Positions 27,984-32,000 of a stretch of DNA of 32,000 bases are shown here, in pieces. Location of the stretch: contig NZ_CP042905.2 in assembly GCF_008000775.2 (NCBI RefSeq), positions 1,800,001 to 1,832,000 on the forward strand, in the 5' to 3' direction. The notes below the pieces were generated by a model that had not been told where the DNA came from, made no database searches, and was given only the letters and a program-made list of their open reading frames with translations. Made by a program: the position numbers and the translations under genes. Numbering within the stretch: position 1 is the stretch's first letter; every line of letters begins with the position of its first letter. The stretch is from Promethearchaeum syntrophicum (GTDB lineage Archaea; Asgardarchaeota; Lokiarchaeia; Sigyniarchaeales; Promethearchaeaceae).

Positions 27984-28631
27984 ATGGTAAAGGTTCCTGT
28001 GGGCGAAAAGGTTGAAATAAATCTTTGGGATTCGGACAAGAAACGCGGAATTGCTAAATATTTTTCGAGTACGATGGATCTTGTAAGAGCAGAAAGTGAA
28101 TTTGAACTTAATCCCGGGGATACTGCAGTGGTAGTAGAATCTTATGATAGTTTTATCGTTGTAGTGCCAGAAGATGACTATACAAAGTTATTAAGTGGAA
28201 AGAATATTGAAAATATTGATCCTGTTGGCTTAAATAGACAAATTTATAAAATCTTAAAGGAAAGAATGAAAGAAACCGGTGGAATTCTATCCCTTGATGA
28301 ATTATGGTCTATTTTAAATCGAACTTCGATCCAAAACATATTAGATAAAAAAGATCTTAAAAAAGCCATTAACATAAAAGATAGTCCGTTCGATAGAATA
28401 AAGGTCGAAGGGAGGGTATATATAGCTCTTCGTCCCCAAGAAAATATGGAAGATATAAAATTAATAGTGAAATTTGGGAGAGAAGCATCATTTCTAACGA
28501 AAAATCTAATTCGCACTTCCTTTAATTGGTCAGATTTACGTATAGAACGTTTACTTTGGTACTTAATAGATCAAGGGTCCTGCAGGATTGAAAATCAATT
28601 CAGAACGGGTACTCGTTATTATTTTTTATAA
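27984..28631 (+). CDS. EAP30 (ESCRT-II Vps22/Vps36-like) tandem winged-helix protein with N-terminal NfeD-like beta domain
   Basis: GAGGTGA lies 5 nt upstream of ATG 27984. Compared with human SNF8 from memory: ETGGILSLDELWSILNRTS...KKDLKKAI...VEGRVYIALRPQE matches NGGLITLEELHQQVL...QDDLIRAI...VGGTYLIQSVPAE, and NMEDIKLIV...FNWSDLRIERLLWYLIDQG...GTRYYF matches NMDHTVVLQ...LKWETERARQVLEHLLKEG...EAHYWL. The N-terminal LVRAESEFELNPGDTAVVVESYDSFIVVVP resembles the NfeD C-terminal OB-fold. Confidence 0.6.
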   Translation: MVKVPVGEKVEINLWDSDKKRGIAKYFSSTMDLVRAESEFELNPGDTAVVVESYDSFIVVVPEDDYTKLLSGKNIENIDPVGLNRQIYKILKERMKETGGILSLDELWSILNRTSIQNILDKKDLKKAINIKDSPFDRIKVEGRVYIALRPQENMEDIKLIVKFGREASFLTKNLIRTSFNWSDLRIERLLWYLIDQGSCRIENQFRTGTRYYFL

Positions 28632-28917
28632 ATAGAAGTAATTAAAAAAATGATTGATTAACTCTGCCGCCTTGTTAATCTTTGATAATACTTTGAATGG
28701 AAATTTATTTTTAACACATGATATTATACTTTTATTCTTGAATTTTTTTATTGTTAACATCTCTAAATATTATTTTTTAATAAAAAATTGATTCATATTT
28801 TTCAATTTACTCAAAGAAATTCAATAAAAAGTGATATTATAATTATATAGGTTGAAAAAACAATAATTATCCATAAATTATTTTTTATGGAAAGCAAAAC
28901 CCGTAGGATGACCTATA

Positions 28918-30978
28918 ATGAACAAGCATTTCACAATTTTTGCAGTAGTTCTTACAATGTTAACGCTCAACTTTGGCTTAATTGAGGTAGCAGAAAGTGT
29001 GTCTGATCAAACTGAAACGTTAAAGTATGGGGTAGATCCTGGTTGGCCTCCAGGGGAATTTGTTGAGGATGGGAAAGTCAAGGGATTTGATGTAGATTTG
29101 GTACAATTAATCGGGGATTATATGGATTGTGAGGTGGAATATTATCCGATGGATTGGAACGATGTGTTAGAATCAGTAAAAAATGGTTCATTGGATATAT
29201 TATGCGCGACAGATACCCCTGAACGTCGTGAGTTTTTTGATTTTAGCAAACCGATTTTAAATCTTTCTAATCGAATTTTTGTAAATGAGAAGGTTGTGGG
29301 CATTTCTAATGTAAATGATTTGGCAAATCATACTGTAGCGGTAGTGAAGGAATATGCAACTCATGTATATCTTGAAGAGAATGTACAAGATGTGCACATT
29401 GTTGTTGTAGAAAATGTTGAAGAAGGTTTAGAGATGCTAGTAAACGGGGAAGTGTTTGCACTTTTTGATGAGATGCATATTGTTTCATATTACATTCAAG
29501 AGCATAATTATGAAAATCTTAAGGTGATTGGAGATGAATTGGTATTTGGACCGTTTTGTATTGCTGTGAAGAAGGGAAATTCAAGTTTACTCGAAAAAAT
29601 AAATTCAGAAATTGATAATATTTTTGAAGCTGGTGAATATGACAGAATATATGAAAAATGGTTTGGAACTAGTTTCACCTCGGGCCCGTTCTCATGGGAA
29701 ACCATTATAGTAATTTCTATTATAGTTTGTGTCTTAGCAAGTGGTTTAGGGATTGTCAGTCTATGGAACAGAACTTTAAAAAAACGAGTTAATGAGAAAA
29801 CAATTGAGCTGAAAATGGCTCAAAATGAATTATTGCAATCTCAGAAGATGGAAGCCATTGGTCAATTTGCAGGGGGTATTGCACATGATTTTAACAATGT
29901 CTTAACAGTAATACTTGGGTTATCAAATTTAACAATAGATTCTCTAAGAGATGAAAATGAAGAAATAAATAGAAATGAACTTATAAAAAATCTTGAAGAT
30001 GTCTTAAGAGCGGGAGATAGGGCTGCAAAGCTGACAAAGGACGTACTCACTTTCAGTAGAAAACAAGTTTTCCAATCGCAAATCGTGAACCTTAATAAAT
30101 TACTTAAAAATAATAAGGATATGTTAGCGAGGGTGTTGGGGGAAAATATTTCTTTTAATTTAAAACTGGATCAGGAGAATAAAAGCATTGAAATTGATCC
30201 AAACCAGATGTCATTGGTTATCTTGAATATGGCAATTAATTCACGTGATGCAATGCCAAATGGGGGAGATTTTACAATAGAAACTTCTAGAACTTATTTA
30301 TCAAAAGGATTAAAAGGTTTTAACTTAAAACCAGGAAATTATATTAAGATTTCATTACGGGACACGGGCATTGGAATGGATGAAACTCACAAGCAGCATT
30401 TGTTTGAACCATTCTTTACAACTAAAGAAAAAGGGAAAGGAACAGGGTTAGGATTATCGATTGCGTTTGGAATCATAAAACAATACCATGGGGAAATAAA
30501 AGTAGAATCAAAATTAGGAACGGGAACTGTTTTTCATATTTATCTTCCAGAGATTGATGTGATCGATCCTCAAGATGATGAGATTATACTAAAAAAACAA
30601 GAAACTCTGAATGGGAAAGAAACTATTTTACTTGTGGAAGATGAAGAAATGGTTAGGAAATTTGCGTTTAGAGTATTAAATTCTCATGGTTATAATTGTT
30701 TGGAAGCTAAAAGTCCAAAAGAAGCCATTAAAATTTCACAAGAATATCATGAGAAAATTGATTTATTATTGAGTGATGTAATAATGCCAGATTTTTCTGG
30801 GCTTGAACTTAAGAAGAAAATTGAAAAGAGACATCCCGATATGATAATATTGTTTATTTCAGGTTATGATGCAAACATAATAAGCAATAATGGAGAATTA
30901 GAAGTGGGTATTAATCTACTTAAAAAACCGTTTTCATCAATTGAATTATTAGAGAGAATTCATTTATTACTAAATTAA
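28918..30978 (+). CDS. hybrid sensor histidine kinase (periplasmic solute-binding sensor, HisKA, HATPase_c, receiver)
   Basis: Signal/TM helix FTIFAVVLTMLTLNF. SBP_bac_3-like domain (YGVDPGWPPGEFVEDGKVKGFDVDLV). A second TM helix (IIVISIIVCVLASGLGIV). H-box GGIAHDFNNVL. N/G boxes NMAINSRDAM, DTGIGM and GTGLGLS. Receiver domain ILLVEDEE...LLLSDVIMPDFSG...LKKPF. Confidence 0.9.
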   Translation: MNKHFTIFAVVLTMLTLNFGLIEVAESVSDQTETLKYGVDPGWPPGEFVEDGKVKGFDVDLVQLIGDYMDCEVEYYPMDWNDVLESVKNGSLDILCATDTPERREFFDFSKPILNLSNRIFVNEKVVGISNVNDLANHTVAVVKEYATHVYLEENVQDVHIVVVENVEEGLEMLVNGEVFALFDEMHIVSYYIQEHNYENLKVIGDELVFGPFCIAVKKGNSSLLEKINSEIDNIFEAGEYDRIYEKWFGTSFTSGPFSWETIIVISIIVCVLASGLGIVSLWNRTLKKRVNEKTIELKMAQNELLQSQKMEAIGQFAGGIAHDFNNVLTVILGLSNLTIDSLRDENEEINRNELIKNLEDVLRAGDRAAKLTKDVLTFSRKQVFQSQIVNLNKLLKNNKDMLARVLGENISFNLKLDQENKSIEIDPNQMSLVILNMAINSRDAMPNGGDFTIETSRTYLSKGLKGFNLKPGNYIKISLRDTGIGMDETHKQHLFEPFFTTKEKGKGTGLGLSIAFGIIKQYHGEIKVESKLGTGTVFHIYLPEIDVIDPQDDEIILKKQETLNGKETILLVEDEEMVRKFAFRVLNSHGYNCLEAKSPKEAIKISQEYHEKIDLLLSDVIMPDFSGLELKKKIEKRHPDMIILFISGYDANIISNNGELEVGINLLKKPFSSIELLERIHLLLN

Positions 30979-31057
30979 CCTAGTAATAAATTAAATTTCA
31001 ATTTCTTTTTAAATTCCTTTTTCTTAAATAAATTATAAGAATTTTGGTGAGATTTTA

Positions 31058-31306
31058 ATGTCTAATGATGCAAGTAAACAAGCGATTGAATTTTTTGTTA
31101 AACGCGGGGATTTAGCAAATACTACAGCAGATCATCATGTGCGTGATAATGAATTTGCAAAGGGAGTAAAATTATATCATCAAGCATATAGTTTTTATAA
31201 GAAAGCACTTCAAAGTATGCCAGATGATGAAGAATTGAAGCAGAAATTGGAAAATGTTCGGGAAAAATACCAGAATGCAAAGGAAAAAGATAAACTTAAA
31301 GGATAG
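31058..31306 (+). CDS. standalone MIT-like three-helix domain protein
   Basis: GGTGA lies 9 nt upstream. KQAIEFFVKRGDLA...DNEFAKGVKLYHQAYSFYKKALQSMPDDEELKQKLENVREKYQNAKEK is collinear with the VPS4A MIT domain recalled as [65 protein letters not shown]. Confidence 0.5.
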   Translation: MSNDASKQAIEFFVKRGDLANTTADHHVRDNEFAKGVKLYHQAYSFYKKALQSMPDDEELKQKLENVREKYQNAKEKDKLKG

Positions 31307-31331
31307 CTGTATCAATGATATTTTTTTTATT

Positions 31332-31715
31332 TTAGAAAAATTGTTCCTCTAATTGGTTTTTAAAATAAGTGAAGAAAGTTAAATCTCCCTCCCATTTCTC
31401 GATTATAATCGAGAATTCTTCGAGAAACATGTCTCTAATTTTTTGCAGTTGCTTTCTAATTGCACTATCTTTTTCTTTGGTTTTTGAACGACCGATAACA
31501 AAAAATGGAATTGGCTTCTTGACTGGGATTATCATGATTTTTGAATTTCTCATTTTTATAGCGTCGATAGAGTCTTCTGCCAAGTTTTGAACAGCCGACA
31601 TGAATCCTGAAAAGATCATTGGGTTTATACCTTCACCAATATCCTTAGATTTAGCCGATAGGTAAGGTAAACCGTTTTTATTAATGATCCATAGTTCTTC
31701 TAGTTTTAACGCCAT
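31332..31715 (-). CDS. longin-/roadblock-like alpha-beta domain protein (putative GTPase-regulatory module)
   Basis: 127 aa. LWIINKNGLPYLS...NPMIFSGFMSAVQNLAEDSIDAIKM...IMIIPV...FFVIGRS, then a C-terminal helix. This beta-beta-alpha-beta-beta-beta-alpha pattern is typical of longin/Roadblock-type folds. Confidence 0.5.
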   Translation of the reverse strand: MALKLEELWIINKNGLPYLSAKSKDIGEGINPMIFSGFMSAVQNLAEDSIDAIKMRNSKIMIIPVKKPIPFFVIGRSKTKEKDSAIRKQLQKIRDMFLEEFSIIIEKWEGDLTFFTYFKNQLEEQFF

Positions 31716-31774
31716 ATAGTGCCCCGTTTTTTAATTATTAAAAAATTTTGTACCAAATTGGCTAAAAAAGTGTG

Positions 31775-32000
31775 CTAATTCGAATCTATATCAATATCTA
31801 TAATCTTAACTTCTCTCACACGTTGTACGTGTAAAAACTCATCTCTAACTTTTTCAATTGAGATATTTTTTTCACGCAGTGTGGCTGCATCAATATAAGT
31901 TTCATAAAAGCAGTTTATAGCTTCAAAACATAATCCTGTTGTGTGAATTGTCCCAATATCTAAATTGAATTTCTTGAGTACATCAGAAATTCCTTTAACT
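31775..32000 (-). CDS. hypothetical protein, C-terminal fragment (5' end outside window)
   Basis: The minus-strand frame is open from the window edge to TAG (complement of 31775-31777): ...VKGISDVLKKFNLDIGTIHTTGLCFEAINCFYETYIDAATLREKNISIEKVRDEFLHVQRVREVKIIDIDIDSN*. Confidence 0.4.
   Translation of the reverse strand, partial: VKGISDVLKKFNLDIGTIHTTGLCFEAINCFYETYIDAATLREKNISIEKVRDEFLHVQRVREVKIIDIDIDSN

Noticed and set aside
28871-28890. Hairpin CCATAAA/TTTATGG upstream of the histidine kinase as a riboswitch or ncRNA
   Set aside because: It is a single short AT-rich stem with no flanking conserved structure that I can recognise. I mention it only as context for the kinase leader.
6869-31590. 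Other embedded ORFs: 6869..7051(-), 11213..11974(+, three ORFs), 13889..15265(-, four ORFs), 17856..18089(-), 21300..21518(-), 25040..25225(-), 28244..28516(-), 29306..30050(-, three ORFs), 31369..31590(+)
   Set aside because: Each is antisense to, and wholly or largely contained in, a gene with strong motif support (NDT-like, DHPS, gyrB/gyrA, acyltransferase, SIR2, MglA, EAP30-like, histidine kinase, longin-like). None has independent evidence.
1-32000. Search for CRISPR arrays, tRNA/rRNA genes, transposases, integrases or terminal inverted repeats
   Set aside because: No regularly spaced direct repeats and no GC-rich structured segments were seen in the intergenic regions, all of which are strongly AT-rich. 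No ORF has recombinase or transposase motifs (DDE, tyrosine or serine recombinase).

Overview
AT-rich (about 30% GC by eye) prokaryotic chromosomal window with tightly packed genes, many with GGAGG/GGTGA-type ribosome-binding sites and some TTG/GTG starts. No rRNA, tRNA, CRISPR array, transposase or integrase was seen. Gene content suggests an archaeon, most plausibly an Asgard (Lokiarchaeia-like) lineage. This is inferred from an EAP30/ESCRT-II-like protein, a standalone MIT-like domain, Roadblock and longin-like proteins and an MglA-type small GTPase; it is not proven from sequence alone. The left ~17 kb is housekeeping: purL-purQ-purF operon (purL carries fused PurS-like repeats), a nucleoside 2-deoxyribosyltransferase-like gene, purC, a MazG-like pyrophosphohydrolase, an alpha/beta hydrolase, a Roadblock/LC7 protein, a translationally coupled DHPS / CofE-like pair, and gyrB-gyrA. 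The right ~15 kb looks accessory. (1) An LpxL-like acyltransferase sits upstream of a two-gene module: a protein with CorA-like topology and two C-terminal TM helices, followed by a 940-aa SIR2(NADase-type)-helical-TPR protein. This module is my top candidate for an undescribed defence-type system. (2) Two paralogous ParE-type toxin-antitoxin modules, one with a decayed toxin, bracket a methyltransferase and an orphan MglA-like GTPase. (3) A flotillin gene is followed by a gene that appears to fuse an NfeD-like beta domain to an EAP30 (Vps22/36-like) tandem winged helix. This is my second candidate for undescribed biology. (4) The window ends with a hybrid histidine kinase with a solute-binding sensor domain, an MIT-like mini-protein and a longin/roadblock-like protein. 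All family assignments come from reading motifs by eye and need profile or structure searches to confirm.
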